DNA of 64,000 nt, from the NCBI GenBank assembly GCA_964016885.1, contig OZ024741.1:232996001-233060000 (forward strand), read 5' to 3'. The translations under genes were made by a program, and so were the position numbers. Shown here in pieces: positions 13,501 through 27,750 of this stretch; position 1 is the stretch's first letter, and each line of letters opens with the position of its first letter. Source of the DNA: Eledone cirrhosa. Lineage: Eukaryota. Under the pieces are notes generated by a model. That model ran no database searches, was not told the origin of the DNA, and worked only from the letters and a program-made list of their open reading frames with translations.

Positions 13501-14820
13501 ATATGGATAGGTTTGTAGTTCCATCTTTTGCTGTTGTTGTTGTTGTTGTTGTTGTTGTTGTATTTGTTGTAATTGTGTCTTTGCGAAAAGACTGGAGCAG
13601 CGTTATTTTTGTTGTTGTTGTGATCTTGTCTTTGTGACAAGACTGGCGCAGCATTACTTTTGTTGTTTTTGTTGTTGTAATCATGTCTTTGTGAGGAGAC
13701 TGGAACAGCATTACCGCAGCAGGGGGTGGCTTTATTGTGGTTTGTGGGTTGGCATGAAGCGCCTTTTCTGTTCGTGCGTTGTGTCCTAGGAAGATGAGTG
13801 AAGTGACAGTCAGTCAGCAGACATGCCTCTCACGTTGGGAATGTTGGCAGATTTTGGGACTGCGACCTATACGTGGAGGCAGCGTGCTTTGGTGATGGCT
13901 GGCAGTGATAGTGCGCCTAATACCCGGTAAATGGGTAAATATACAGTCGCTACGTGTGCATAGCCTCTGACGTAGTGAGTAGCGGCATATTTGGGGGTTT
14001 TTAGTATGTGTAGTGGGAGGTGCATACAGATCCATAGAACTTTTTTTTTATAGTTCTTTTGACTATGGCATTGCAGTGGTGGTGATGTGGGGGAAGAAAG
14101 CATTGGTGGTGGTGATGATGATGATGACAACTGTGGTGGGAGAGAGAGCAGTGGTCCATTACTAGCAGTTGGTGTGGCAGAAGATGTAGATGTGGCAGGA
14201 GATGGTGACGGTGGTCATGGTAATGGCGATAATGATGGCTGAGTGAGTGGCTGAGTGATACTGTCATTCAGTAGTTCAGCGATTATGCTTGAATTCATTA
14301 GTGGTTGCTCCTGGCTTTCTGGCTGTTGTTGTTGTTGTGGCTGTTGTTGTTGTTGTTGTGGCTGTTGTTGTTGTTGTTGTGGCTGTTGTTGTTGTTGTGG
14401 CTGTTGTTGTTGTGGCTGTTGTTGTTGTTGTTGTGTTTGTCCATTAGAGTAAATATGTCGAAGTTTTTCAAAATGGTTTTGAATTAGTTTGAAAGAGACT
14501 TCTACATGTTTTAGTTTGTTGTGTATCTGCTTAGCAGATCTCGTCGTAAATGTTTGGGCTGTTTTTTCAGCAATTTCATTCAGACATGACGCGTTAATGT
14601 TTGATGTTTGTGACAGAGAAAACCATGTGTTTATTAAGAGGTCAATTTCATTTTCAGACCAAAATGAGATCTCTGTTTGCTGAGATCAAAGTAAGTGAAT
14701 TTGTCACTACTTTAAAACAATAGCTTACGGTCTTCAAAATGCTTTTAATTAAGCATAAAGTGTATTACAAAATACATTATATATACATCCATATATATAT
14801 TGCTATTTCAGAGCTCCAAT
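10579..14820 (-). mobile_element. CR1/L2-group (jockey superfamily) LINE, near full length, decayed: ORF1 with CCCH finger and poly-Q, ORF2 APE-RT
   Basis: APE motifs ILTETHL, GGTAIF, GLYRPP, MGDFNLP, SDHDMV; RT motifs YRSISLTS, YLDFSKAFDRVDH, GVPQG, FADDSK; C-terminal LYSLQRRRERY and NNNSLLD. Contains stops, frameshifts and an apparent internal deletion near 12460. The 5' boundary is approximate. Confidence 0.9.
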
Positions 14821-14889
14821 TCTAATATATGTATATATATATATATGTATATATATATGTATATATTTATATGTATATATATATATATG

Positions 14890-15013
<124 letters not shown>

Positions 15014-15018
15014 TGTAT

Positions 15019-15478
15019 GTCAAAGGGCAAAGGAGCTCTTAAGAGTCAATGGCCATCCAAAATCACCGGGAGAGATGACCCCTTAGCCTTTGTCAAGGCA
15101 GAATTCTAGGAGAAGGAAAACTCTGATATAACACCTGCAACCCTGATGGTATCCAATGATGTTGACTTGTTCTTCTTTTTGGTAAATATCATCTTGGTTA
15201 AGAGAGTGGGACTGGCTTTGTGCAGTGCCTTTGCTCACTATAAAAGCTTCACGGCACAGGCATTGCTTTATATCTGGAGATCTCTCTGCACTTGTCGTCA
15301 CATGTTACCATGGGCCCAGCACTATGTGTCAGTAATTGTCACAAGTGTAGTGTTTGTACCAGAGTTTTCAAGTCGCTGGCTGGACTAAAAAGTCACACTC
15401 GTTCAGCGCATCGGTAGGGGTTCTCCTACATGGATATAAAGTAGTGGCCGTACTCGAAAACGAGTTGGCAGCCACCAT
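15019..15478 (+). mobile_element. Non-coding interspersed repeat (possibly RTE-derived) in (TA)n
   Basis: Similar to 28880-29465 (AAGAGTCAAYGGCCATCCAAAA, CCTTTGTCA, GAGAGTGGGA, GGCCRTACTCGA). Its 3' end also occurs inverted at 44025-44060. Confidence 0.6.
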
Positions 15479-15483
15479 ATATG

Positions 15484-16140
<657 letters not shown>

Positions 16141-16195
16141 CGGTTTCAACACACGTTTTCAGATGAAAGAATCTTGCTAAACAAATTCAGAAACG

Positions 16196-16270
<75 letters not shown>

Positions 16271-16271
<1 letters not shown>

Positions 16272-16860
16272 GTTATTCCGGGTTGAATCGGAGGTAACCA
16301 CAGTAAGTAAGGTACTCAATACATAGCAGAGTATAACAGTTTTAATATAGATGAGATTCTACAGGACTAGAACTGTTTCATTCATTTGAAATCATCAGGA
16401 ATCTGGGTATCAAAAAATAAATATGGTATTTATAGGTCTCTACAAGTGGTAGGAGAGGGTGGGGAGTGGGATGGGTGCAGGTCATTGGTTGATAGAAAAG
16501 GGAATTCATTAAAAGCTAATTCTACAAAGCTATAGTTTATTTTTATTTTTATTTTTATTTATTTATGTTTTTAGAGTAACAAGGGCAGACAGAATTCTAT
16601 AAACAGGTTCCGGATGGCCTACCATTCCTTGTCAATAAGTTTCTCTTAAGCTAACAGATGTCTATAAAATCAGTGGGGGGTCAGTCATAGTCGATAGAAT
16701 TAAAGAAAAAGGAGATTCTTTAAAAGCTAAAGTCAATAAGGTTCTACTAAGTGACAAAGGTCTAGAGAATTCTGCAGACAGATTCAAAATACTGAGTGCA
16801 TATCTTACTATTATCTTCGAACTTCTCTTAAACTAATCAACTATATGCCAAAAATCAACA
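16271..16860 (-). mobile_element. HHR element family H4, longest copy
   Basis: 16271-16404 is the reverse complement of 20183-20316. Abuts (TA)n. The upstream boundary is approximate. Confidence 0.7.
16354..16404 (-). ncRNA. Type I hammerhead ribozyme (H4)
   Basis: AGATTC-CTGATGA-TTTCAAATGAAT-GAA-ACAG-TTCTAGTC-CTGT-A-GAATCT. Identical to 21543-21593. Confidence 0.8.
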
Positions 16861-17040
16861 GACACATTCACAAAAAAACAAAAAAACACATACTCACTCA
16901 CACACTTACGCGCAACCATAAACACACACACAAACACATATACACACATAAAAACACACACACATATATATAAAAATATATAAATATATATTCATGTACA
17001 CACACGTACATACAGACATACATACACACATACATATATA

Positions 17041-17123
<83 letters not shown>

Positions 17124-17136
17124 TATACACATATAT

Positions 17137-17209
<73 letters not shown>

Positions 17210-17379
17210 TACACACACACACATACACATACATACACACACACGCACATATATATATACACAAATAAATACATTCACACGCATACATACAAACACGAAT
17301 ATACATGTATATACACACAAATACACATAGACATATATACATACACAAATATATATATATATATATACATACATACATA

Positions 17380-19716
17380 CTGATAATTAGCGACCCCATA
17401 GTCAGGACGAGACGTACTCGACAGCAGAAGAGGACTATCCTCAGGAGGAAAATATGGAAACTAAAGGACCCCACAGCCAGAAATAAATTTCAAAGCATAT
17501 TACTTGATGCTTTCGACAGTAAGGAAGAGCATCTAGAATCGGACAATATAGAGGGACAGTGGGAATTTCTGAAAGCAAACCTGCTGTTGGCGACAGACGA
17601 AGTCTGTGGCTGGAGCAGGCCTGTAGGCAGGAGGAGAGTAACTTGGTGGTGGAACAGTAGGGTGGAGGGGTCAATTAAGGCCAAAAAGCAGGCTTGGAAA
17701 GTATGGCGGGATGGGGGAAGTAGAGTAGACTATCAAGTGGCCAGGAGGGAAGCTAGGAGAGAAGTGTACTTAGCAAGAAGGGAAGCTGAGGAAAGAAAGT
17801 TCAAGCATGTTCTACAACGCGATGACCAAAAACGTGAGGTGTTCAGGATTGCCAGGCAATGCGTCAAGGAAAACCGTGATATTGTCGGGGAGAAGTGTGT
17901 ACTTAACGATGATGGCATACTTGCCATCACCGACACTGATAAGAAGGTAGCTTGGAAGTGTCACTATGAAAGGCTACTAAATGAGGAGAATAAATGGGAG
18001 AAAGACAGTCTCCCCCATATCGACCCGATAGAGGGACCAGCAGTGTTAGTCGAGGGGAGTATAATAAGTAAGGCAATCAAGGATATGAAGACGAGTAAGG
18101 CGGCTGGGCCTTCGGAAATAGTTGCTGAGATGCTGAAGGCATCTGGCACGGTGGGACACACCGTGGTCACCCGCATAGTTAACCAAGTCGTACAGAATGG
18201 GGTTGTTCCGAAGGACTGGCATAGCAGCATCATCGTTAACTGTTATAAGGGTAAAGGAGACGCCCTAGATAGGAGTAACTATAGAGGCATTAAATTAATC
18301 GACCAGGTCATGAAGGTCACGGAAAAAGTAATAGCGCAACTAATCAGAGAGAGAATTGACCTAGATGAAATGCAGTTCGGGTTTGTGTCAGGCAAAAGCA
18401 CCACAGACGCTCTTTTCATAGTACGACAACTACAGGAGAAGTACCTAGCTAAAGGTAAACCCCTCTACTTAGCTTTTGTCGACCTGGAGAAAGCCTTCGA
18501 CAGAGTCCCCCGCTCCATTATCTGGTGGGCTCTTAGAAAACTAGGCGTTGACGAATGGCTTGTGAGGGCTATACAAGCCATGTATAAAGAAACAGTCAGC
18601 AAGGTTAGAATTAACAACGAATATAGTGAAGAGTTTAGCGTAAAAGTTGGCGTCCATCAGGGCTCTGTTCTCAGCCCCCTACTATTTATTATTGCCCTTC
18701 AGGCTATAACAGAGGAGTTCAAGACAGGCTGCCCATGGGAACTCCTATACGCAGACGACCTGACACTCATAGCGGAATCAATGGCCGAGCTAGAGAAGAA
18801 ATTCCAAACATGGAAGCACGGCCTAGAGTCAAAAGGACTTAAAATTAACCTGGCTAAGACCAAAGTTCTAGTTTGTAGGAAAGAAAACAAGGCGCCGGTC
18901 CCTTCTGGGAAATGGTCGTGCTCGGTGTGTAGGAAAGGCGTAGGTAGAAACTCCATTTTATGTCCTAATTGCAAAGTATGGGTGCATAAAAGATGTAGTG
19001 GGATCACAGGTAAGCTAACTAAGAACATAGATTTTACATGTGGCCGGTGTTCTGGTGCAATAAGTAGCAGCAAGTGCCCACACAATACTAGCTCTTTCAA
19101 TTGCGCAGAGGGTTCTATAGAAATAGTGGACAGCTTCCGTTACCTGGGCGATAAAATCAGCAGTGGGGGAGGGTGCTCTGAAAGTACTGTAGCTAGAGTC
19201 AGAACTGGTTGGAAAAAGTTCAGAGAGCTTATACCACTATTAGCTGCTAAAGGGTTCTCCCTAAAAATGAAAGGCAGGTTGTACGATGCCTGCATACGAA
19301 CAGCAATGTTGCATGGTAGTGAGACCTGGGCATTGTGTGCAGAGGATATACGCAGACTAGAGAGGAACGAAGCTTGCATGCTCCGCTGGATGTGTAACAG
19401 TAATATACGTGAACGGCAAAGCATAAACGAACTAAGGAAAAAATTAGAGATAAGAGGGATCAGATGTTGTTTACTCGAGAGAAGGCTGCGTTGGTATGGA
19501 CACGTGATGCGCATGAAAGTCGATAGCTGTATAACAAAGTGCAGGGCAATAAAGATAGACGGTAGCCACGGAATAGGCAGACCTAGAAAAACATGGGATG
19601 AGCTGATAAACTCCGACCTCACACACTTACACCTCTCCAAGACAATGTCACTGGACCGAGACCTTTGGCGGTACTCAGTAACAGAGAAGACCCGCCTTGC
19701 CAGTAGGCATCTCTAA
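17380..19716 (+). CDS. LINE reverse transcriptase (APE domain lost by 5' truncation)
   Basis: 803-aa ORF 17305-19716 whose first ~25 codons are microsatellite read-through. Confidence 0.85.
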   Translation: MIISDPIVRTRRTRQQKRTILRRKIWKLKDPTARNKFQSILLDAFDSKEEHLESDNIEGQWEFLKANLLLATDEVCGWSRPVGRRRVTWWWNSRVEGSIKAKKQAWKVWRDGGSRVDYQVARREARREVYLARREAEERKFKHVLQRDDQKREVFRIARQCVKENRDIVGEKCVLNDDGILAITDTDKKVAWKCHYERLLNEENKWEKDSLPHIDPIEGPAVLVEGSIISKAIKDMKTSKAAGPSEIVAEMLKASGTVGHTVVTRIVNQVVQNGVVPKDWHSSIIVNCYKGKGDALDRSNYRGIKLIDQVMKVTEKVIAQLIRERIDLDEMQFGFVSGKSTTDALFIVRQLQEKYLAKGKPLYLAFVDLEKAFDRVPRSIIWWALRKLGVDEWLVRAIQAMYKETVSKVRINNEYSEEFSVKVGVHQGSVLSPLLFIIALQAITEEFKTGCPWELLYADDLTLIAESMAELEKKFQTWKHGLESKGLKINLAKTKVLVCRKENKAPVPSGKWSCSVCRKGVGRNSILCPNCKVWVHKRCSGITGKLTKNIDFTCGRCSGAISSSKCPHNTSSFNCAEGSIEIVDSFRYLGDKISSGGGCSESTVARVRTGWKKFRELIPLLAAKGFSLKMKGRLYDACIRTAMLHGSETWALCAEDIRRLERNEACMLRWMCNSNIRERQSINELRKKLEIRGIRCCLLERRLRWYGHVMRMKVDSCITKCRAIKIDGSHGIGRPRKTWDELINSDLTHLHLSKTMSLDRDLWRYSVTEKTRLASRHL

Positions 19717-20070
19717 CAAAATACACCCCGTCCCGCCACCACCCCCACCACATCCACACCACCCCGTTCTATGTAAAGTTGTGTTGGTGCCGCGCCATCC
19801 AGGCCGAAACAAATGAGATCGTGTAGGTGTCACGACAAAAAAACACACAGTCCACGCTGTAATGTGGCCGTGTAAGCAACACGGTAAAAACCTCCCAGAC
19901 CCACACTGTAAATGTGGTTGGTGTTAGGAAGGGCATCCAACTGTAGAAAACCGGCCAGACAGCCCTATGCGAGCAAGACAATCACTCTTGCCTCAAGTGG
20001 GACTACCCCCGTCCAAACCCATGCAAGCGTGGAACACGGACGTTAAACGTTGATGATGATAATGATGATA
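17380..20070 (+). mobile_element. RTE-X-like LINE, 5'-truncated, open RT ORF with PHD finger, (GAT)n tail
   Basis: Uninterrupted ORF to 19716. Motifs [53 protein letters not shown]4HC3 insert, [18 protein letters not shown]. Tail GGACGTTAAACGTTGATGATGAT. Confidence 0.95.
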
Positions 20071-20081
20071 CATATATATAT

Positions 20082-20431
<350 letters not shown>

Positions 20432-20579
20432 ACACATACATACATACACATACATATATACACACACATACGTATACATATATATATATACATATACATA
20501 TACACATATACATATATATATATATATATATATACATATATACACATATATACATACACACATGCACACACACACACAC

Positions 20580-20648
<69 letters not shown>

Positions 20649-20785
20649 CCCATACACACACATATATATATACATATACACACACATACACACAAACACA
20701 CACACACATATATATATACACAAATACATATATATATATATACATTCATATATATAACCACATACATATATACATACATACACAT

Positions 20786-20846
<61 letters not shown>

Positions 20847-20913
20847 TATATATATATACACACACATAAACAAATATATACACATACAAACACACACACA
20901 CACATACATACAT

Positions 20914-20988
<75 letters not shown>

Positions 20989-21081
20989 TATATACATATA
21001 TATACACGCACACACATATATATACACACACACACACATACACATGCATATGTATAAACATCTATACATACACACACACAC

Positions 21082-21176
<95 letters not shown>

Positions 21177-21306
21177 CACATATATATATATATATATATA
21201 TATCCATACATATACAAATATACACATACATACACAGACCTATACATAAATATACACATATATATACACAGACATATAACGCATATATACACACACATAT
21301 ACATAC

Positions 21307-21428
<122 letters not shown>

Positions 21429-21487
21429 GCGCATACACACATACACACACACACACACAAAAATATATACACACTCTCTCTCTCACG

Positions 21488-21529
<42 letters not shown>

Positions 21530-21542
21530 TATACATATACCC

Positions 21543-21593
21543 AGATTCCTGATGATTTCAAATGAATGAAACAGTTCTAGTCCTGTAGAATCT
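21543..21593 (+). ncRNA. Type I hammerhead ribozyme (H4), near-solo insertion
   Basis: Stem I AGATTC/GAATCT, CTGATGA 21549-21555, short stem II TTC(A)/(T)GAA, GAAA 21568-21571, stem III ACAG/CTGT, triplet GUA. Confidence 0.8.
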
Positions 21594-21789
21594 CATCTAT
21601 ATTAAAACTATATATATATATATATATACATCCGTATGTGGCTGATGGCTGAGAGAAATGGGTGTTCAATATTGAAGTAGAGTGTTAATATTTTCTTTGC
21701 TAAGGCTGAATGGTGAGTCCTTATAAACTGGAGTTTTGTCCGGTTACCACAGATAACACTGTGATAAACAGGCGAAACTCCAAAGTAAT

Positions 21790-22394
21790 ACTTGTTTCTA
21801 TTTAAGGCACAAGGCTAGTAACTCTGGGGGAGGGGAAAATTCTATTAATTCAACCCCAGTGCATTACTGGTGCTTCATTTTATCGACTTCGCAAGGATGA
21901 AAGGCAAAGCTAAACTCGGCGGGATTTGAACTCAGAAATGTAAAAGGCCATAATTTTATGCTGCAAAGCTCAATCGATAGATAGATAGATATGCTGACGC
22001 TCTATCGATACTGTCAATAATAATTGTTTCTACTTTCGGCACAAGGCCAGCAATTACCCAGTGCATTACTGGTACTTTATTTTTATCGACCCCGTAAGGA
22101 TGAAAGGCAAAGTTAACCTAGGCGGGATTTGAACTCAGAATGGCAAGGGCCGTAACTCTATGCATCAAAGCATGGCATCCAACCCTCTACCGATACTGCC
22201 AATAATAATTGTTTCTACTTTAGGCACAAGGCCAGCAATCACCCAGTGCATTACTGGTACTTTATTTTATCGACCCCGTAAGGATGAAAGGCAAAGTCAA
22301 CCTCGGCGGGATTTGAACTCAGATCGTAAAGGGACGTAACTATGCTGGAAAGCATGGCGTCCGACCCTCTACCGATACTGCCAATCCACCGCCC
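21790..22394 (-). mobile_element. Three tandem tRNA-derived SINE copies (about 21790-22015 diverged, 22020-22203, 22206-22394)
   Basis: Minus strand has A-box-like TGGCAGTATCGG, B box GAGTTCAAATCC, Nin-like core CCTTTCATCCTTACGGGGTCGATAAA and an (ATT)n tail. Confidence 0.9.
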
Positions 22395-22471
22395 CTAATA
22401 ATACTCACATTTCTGCCTTAATAAAATAAATAAACATACGCTCACACACGGACACGCCCCCCCCCCCACGC

Positions 22472-22559
<88 letters not shown>

Positions 22560-22637
22560 ATACATATGTATGTGTGTTTGTATCTATAAGTATCTGTTTA
22601 TGTGTATACACACAGACACACGCATATATATATATGT

Positions 22638-22675
<38 letters not shown>

Positions 22676-22799
22676 ATGTGTGTCTGTCTGTCTGTGTGTG
22701 TGTGTGCGTGTACTAGCACAGTTTCCCGTCATTGTCACTCAAATGTCTCTATAGAATGGCCCTCTTTCATTATTTTTTCATTCCATATCAGACTACGTT

Positions 22800-23005
22800 A
22801 CTTTACTCCTGTGCCTCATCTCCCTTTACTTATTCCCCGTGGCCCGTCACCTTGAATCGTCAATCGGCCCTAAGTGAGTTTCTAGGAAAAGGGGACTGGG
22901 GCAACGCGAAATAAAGTGTATTGCTCTATGACACAGCGGACCATCGGGAATCGAACTCACAACCTAACGTTGGAGAGCCGAAAACCATATAAACCAAGCC
23001 ACACA
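22800..23005 (-). mobile_element. Diverged tRNA-derived SINE head of a second family
   Basis: Minus strand GTGGCTTGGT...GTGAGTTCGATTCCC (A/B boxes), followed by a GAGCAATACACTTTATTTC core-like segment. Confidence 0.6.
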
Positions 23006-23388
23006 ACAACGAAAAGTGATACACACACTAACGAAAGGAAATAGAAAGACGGAGAAAAGAGAGAGTTTTGACGGACGAAGAAAAAATGTGTCAGTGAGGT
23101 CAATTCACTTATCTGGTAGCTATCCCTCACCTTTTCACTCCTCAAATTAAGGGATATTTTCCTTGAGAGAAATGACATACGTTTATATTTATGTATTATT
23201 TTCTTTTATTCTCTTCAGAATTAAGAAACTCTTTGTGTTCAAAACCTTCTCCTTGGGACACATATTTCAAAAAAAAACAAATTAATTTCTCTCTACGACG
23301 CAGCATTTTGTTTCCTTTCGGCAAAACACACATGAATATATCATACACACACACTTTCAAATATAGAGTAGATATGATTGTGTGTGTG

Positions 23389-23473
<85 letters not shown>

Positions 23474-23843
23474 TGTGTATGTGTGTGTGTGCGTGCGTGT
23501 ATATATGTGGGGGGGGCGGTATTTCCTACATGTTTGTTTAATCATTCTTGTCATCCTTTATCTACTCACTCATGATTTTTTTTCATATTTGCTTTTTTGT
23601 AATTTTTTTTTTATTTCCTTCACTTACTCTTGGTTCCCATGAATACCTATTTTGTTTACCGTAAACATACTACACCGAGATCTTACATAACTTAACGTAC
23701 ATATCCATATAATTATTTATCTGACTAACTGTGTCTGGCCGTGGTTGTGTCCTTGGCAATCTATAACAATCAGTTCCATTGTCTACAGTATTCGTAGCTC
23801 CAATGTAGTTTTTCTGATGTTAGAAATATGTATAACATAATAC

Positions 23844-24254
23844 TGTTATCATATGGAAAATCCATCCTACTCATAGGCCAGACACTCTGGTTCTGACTCA
23901 TGCAGGCTCCATCAAAAACAGTAATCTACAGCCACCGGAAATAACAGCTGTGAAATATACAGCGCCATCTACCTGTTAGCTAGCTACTCAACGTGAAACA
24001 AAAGAACCCTTGGAACCTACCAGAATAAGAACCTACACGTCGACTAAACAACAAAGGATTGTTCCTGTATAAATAGAGTCGACTTTTGGCAGAGTCAGCT
24101 AGCGCATCGTTGTTCCTCGCCTCTGCCACGCTTTGTCACTCACACGCCTTGTATCTTGTATCGTCGCTTCATGTGAAAATAAATGGCTGATCGAATTTAC
24201 ATCTCGCCTTGCTTCGTCATTTCAACTTGTGCTTTCGTCTGTCCATCCTCAACA
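23844..24254 (+). mobile_element. Possible solo LTR
   Basis: TGTT...AACA termini, TATAAATA at about 24068, AATAAA at about 24178. No target-site duplication seen. Confidence 0.35.
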
Positions 24255-24344
24255 GTTCTTTTAAGGGCTATATGCGACAACAGTCCTTTTAAGGGCTATC
24301 TTCATATCTGATCAGACCGTATGCGATATCGAGTGAAATAAAAT

Positions 24345-24614
24345 GATTGTTTCTACTTTTGGCACAAGGCCAGCAAATATCCAGTGTATTACTGGTACTT
24401 TATTTTATCGACCCCGTAAGGATGAAAGGCAAAGTTAACCTCGGCGGGATTTGAACTCAGAATGGCAAGGGACGTAACTCTATGCATCAAAGCATGGCGT
24501 CCGATCCTCTACCGATACTGCCAATCCACCGCCCTTAAATAATAATTGTTTCTACTTTAGGCACAAGGCCAGCAATTACCCAGTGCATTACTGGTACTTT
24601 ATTTTATCGACCCC
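24345..24614 (-). mobile_element. SINE full copy (24345-24534) plus truncated copy (24542-24614)
   Basis: Same sequence as 22206-22394. Confidence 0.9.
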
Positions 24615-26020
24615 CTGCCGACACAAATGAGCCGATTTTTTTATTTTATTTTACATTTTTAATTTTTTTATGAATTATGCTTGGAAAAATAAGTGGCCAT
24701 ACTGTATCCATAGCTTTACAAGTTCTCCACAAGCAGAACGTCTGCAAATTCGGAAAGTTATTGTTACACTGACAAATGTTAGAAGATAATGTCCCCCACC
24801 CTCCTAATAGTTTGATTGCCTCCCTTCCTCTCACCGAGCAGTTTACATATATTGTAACAATAACGTATCCAATTTCGATATTACGATTCCCGTTTATTTT
24901 CCAATGTTCTCATCTTTTAATATTTTGTACTAGCAGAAAAACCACCTGTCGGGTGGTTTTCTGTTAACATGTGTAGTGTGCATATTGATATTATACGCAA
25001 ATATATATGCATGTAGATATGATACGTCAAATAAAATGGCAATTGACAATATGCACAGAAATTGAACGAAGTCTGTGTTACACTCTCTTCTGTAATCAGT
25101 AAAGTAATCGATGATACATTTAAAAAAGACGATATTATATATAAACTACATATATGATAAACTAAAATGTTATCAAAATGAAAAAGGAGAAAATTAGCGA
25201 CGGAAATATAAACCTTATAACGATGCAAATATATGAAAGTTTATATAAGCAAAGTGATGAGTGTTATGATATAACGGACGCTAACCGGAAGTGTTGACAT
25301 TTGAAAATTTTAAATGTTAAAATAAGTAATACTTTATATATAATAATATTATGTTTAATCAAGAGGTACGAAATTTAGTAGAGAAATTACATAATTCATT
25401 CATTATTTATTCAAAGTAATCCAACTTATTTTACTAACGGGATAAAAAAAAATATAAAACGGACGCTGTCCCGCATTCCTCCCTTTATTATGTTATAGAT
25501 ATATGAATATTGTTCTATGTATGCTTAAAAATTGTTATTTTCATGCATGAAATTGGATGTATTATTCGTTTCTTACTATTACTTGATTTTTATATTTTTG
25601 TTTTGTTTTTCTTTGAAAAATACCGTCGGAGCGCATTTTAGTTCATAAAATGAAAATCAATGGTAAATTTCAGTAACACATTCATTTTGTAACGCAAGGA
25701 ATTCATGAACTACCTTATCCAATATTCCTCCTCTATCTTCAAGACAAGAGGGTTTAATATGAGAAAGAATTTTCTGCTATTGCTAGCAGATAAAGAACCT
25801 ATAAAAGTTATCCCCGGCAATAATGTTTTATATATACATTTGTAGTTCTTGCCGTTGTGTTGCCAATATAATTTCCGATACTTGACATTTTTAACACGAA
25901 GTTATCCACATAAACATCTAGAATATAGCCGAGGCATTAGAACGTCGGACAAATGTCCGTAGAGTATTAAATCCGGCTCGTGCTTTGTGAGGTCAACACC
26001 CTCCCCCCATTACCACTGAA

Positions 26021-26205
26021 ATAATTGTTTCTACTTTAGGCACAAGGCCAGCAATTACCCAGTGCATTACTGGTACTTTATTTTATCGACCCCTTAAGGA
26101 TGAAAGGCAAAGTCAACCTCGGCGGGATTTGAACTCAGATCGTAAAGGGACATAACTATGCTGGAAAGCATGGCGTCCGACCCTCTACCGATACTGCCAA
26201 TCCAC
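26021..26205 (-). mobile_element. tRNA-derived SINE
   Basis: Same family as 22206-22394. Confidence 0.9.
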
Positions 26206-26283
26206 TAATGTGTTCTATTACTTTTTCTATAAACCATTCTGAATGTGAATAGAATTATAGGGCATTAATTTTTATTAAGATAT

Positions 26284-26471
26284 GGCGGTGGATTGGCACT
26301 ATTGGTAGAGGGTCGGACGCCATGCTTTGACGCATAGAGTTACGGCCCTTGCCATTCTGAGTTCAAATCCGCCGCGGTTAACTTTGCCTTTCATCCTTAC
26401 GGGGTTGATAAAATAAAGTACCAGTAATACACTGAGTAATTGCTGGCCTTGTGCCTAACGTAGAAACAATT
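26284..26471 (+). mobile_element. tRNA-derived SINE, inverted relative to 26021-26205
   Basis: GGCGGTGGATTGGCACTATTGG...GAGTTCAAATCC...CCTTTCATCCTTACGGGG...TAGAAACAATT. Confidence 0.9.
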
Positions 26472-26579
26472 AATTTTTATTAAGATTACGGCTGTTTTTG
26501 TCAGGCATATTTTTGGATATGGGTGTCATATTGGGAACATTCTTGTGTATAATCAAATTATGCCTATGCTTGATTCTAG

Positions 26580-26702
26580 AGAAAGTCTACCAAATACTGG
26601 CCAAATAAAAAAGAAATAGAGAAGTATGGTTCAATGGAGGTTGTAGGAATAAATGAAATAACCAATGCAGTCTACGCAAAGAGGACACTCATCATATCAA
26701 AG
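26580..26702 (+). CDS. RPTP exon B
   Basis: ttctag acceptor, GTAATG donor, 123 nt, phase 0/0. RKSTKYWPNKKEIEKYGSMEVVGINEITNAVYAKRTLIISK contains the KCxxYWP-like motif and YG-x-x-V. In frame with exon A. Confidence 0.88.
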
Positions 26703-26799
26703 GTAATGTGATAACGTAATATGTCATGTTGACGTTTTTACAACTGCCATTCTTTAGGGCATATGAATTAATTTCGTACTTATGAATTAATAAATTACT

Positions 26800-27262
26800 T
26801 TAGTGTAGGTGACCAAGCATTCCCCAGACACGTGTACCCTTAACAGTTATCAGGGAAATTCAGTATAGCACAATATTTCACAGGATGACATGTTTTATAT
26901 CGGGAACAATTGTTTTTGTATTACAGTGTAATTGGCTGAGTTATACACAGGCATGTATAGACTTTAAACATAATTCTCAGGGAGATTCAGCATGTGTGTG
27001 AAAGGCTGATCCTTTGAATTACAGGCGTAGTCCATCTTGTATTATAGTGTTAAATGTCTGAGCATTTAACGAACACGTGTACCCTTAACATAATTCTCAG
27101 AGAGATTCAGCATGGTACAGTGTGTGACATAACTGACATTTTGTATTACAGAAAATTGTTTTTTGTATTATAGTGTAAGAGATTAAGTATTCCATAGACA
27201 CGTGCACCCTTAACGAGTTCTCAGGGAGATTCAGCATTTCAGGGCTGGTCCTTTGAATTGAC
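26800..27262. repeat. About 4 diverged tandem copies of a ~122-bp SINE-body-like unit
   Basis: ACACGTGTACCCTTAAC...TCTCAGGGAGATTCAGCA recurs at about 26828, 26950, 27073 and 27197. Confidence 0.75.
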
Positions 27263-27283
27263 CTTGCACAATTACGCCTCTGA

Positions 27284-27750
27284 ATGTCAATGCGTTATGC
27301 AAAAATAAGAAATTCGGTTTTTATCGCAACCCTTACCTATGGTCATGGATCTTGGGTAATGACCGAAAGAATACGATCGCGAATAGAACCGGCCAAAATG
27401 GGGTTCCTACGAAGGGTCTTTGATGTAACATTATTCGATAAAGTGTATAGCTTGGTTATCGGAGAGTCACTCCAAGTAGATCCGCCACTTCTCCGAACTG
27501 AGAGATCACAGCTCCAATACTATGAACATGGGGTTAGAATGTCTCAGGAAAGAATCGCTGGACAGCTTATACGGTGAAAACCAATCGGCAGGAGACACAG
27601 TGGTAGACGTCCATGAGCTTGACTGGTCCGCTTGCGGATCTAACCGAATCTGTTGGAGACGGTTGCTTCTGACAGTACCCGCTGGAGGGAGTGTTTGAGG
27701 ACTCGGCTCCCACGACCCTCTGGGGAATAAGTGGGTGAAGAAGATGAAAG
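27284..27750 (+). mobile_element. RTE-clade LINE 3' relic
   Basis: TLTYGHGSWVMT...MGFLRR...IGESLQVDPPLLRTERSQL...HGVRMSQER. Confidence 0.75.

Noticed and set aside
16141-16200. CAGATGA...GAAAC hammerhead-like fragment
   Set aside because: The core is mutated and the sequence is truncated by (TA)n before any cleavage triplet or stem I partner.
22206-22394. tRNA gene calls from A/B boxes
   Set aside because: The boxes belong to multi-copy SINE heads without a full cloverleaf.
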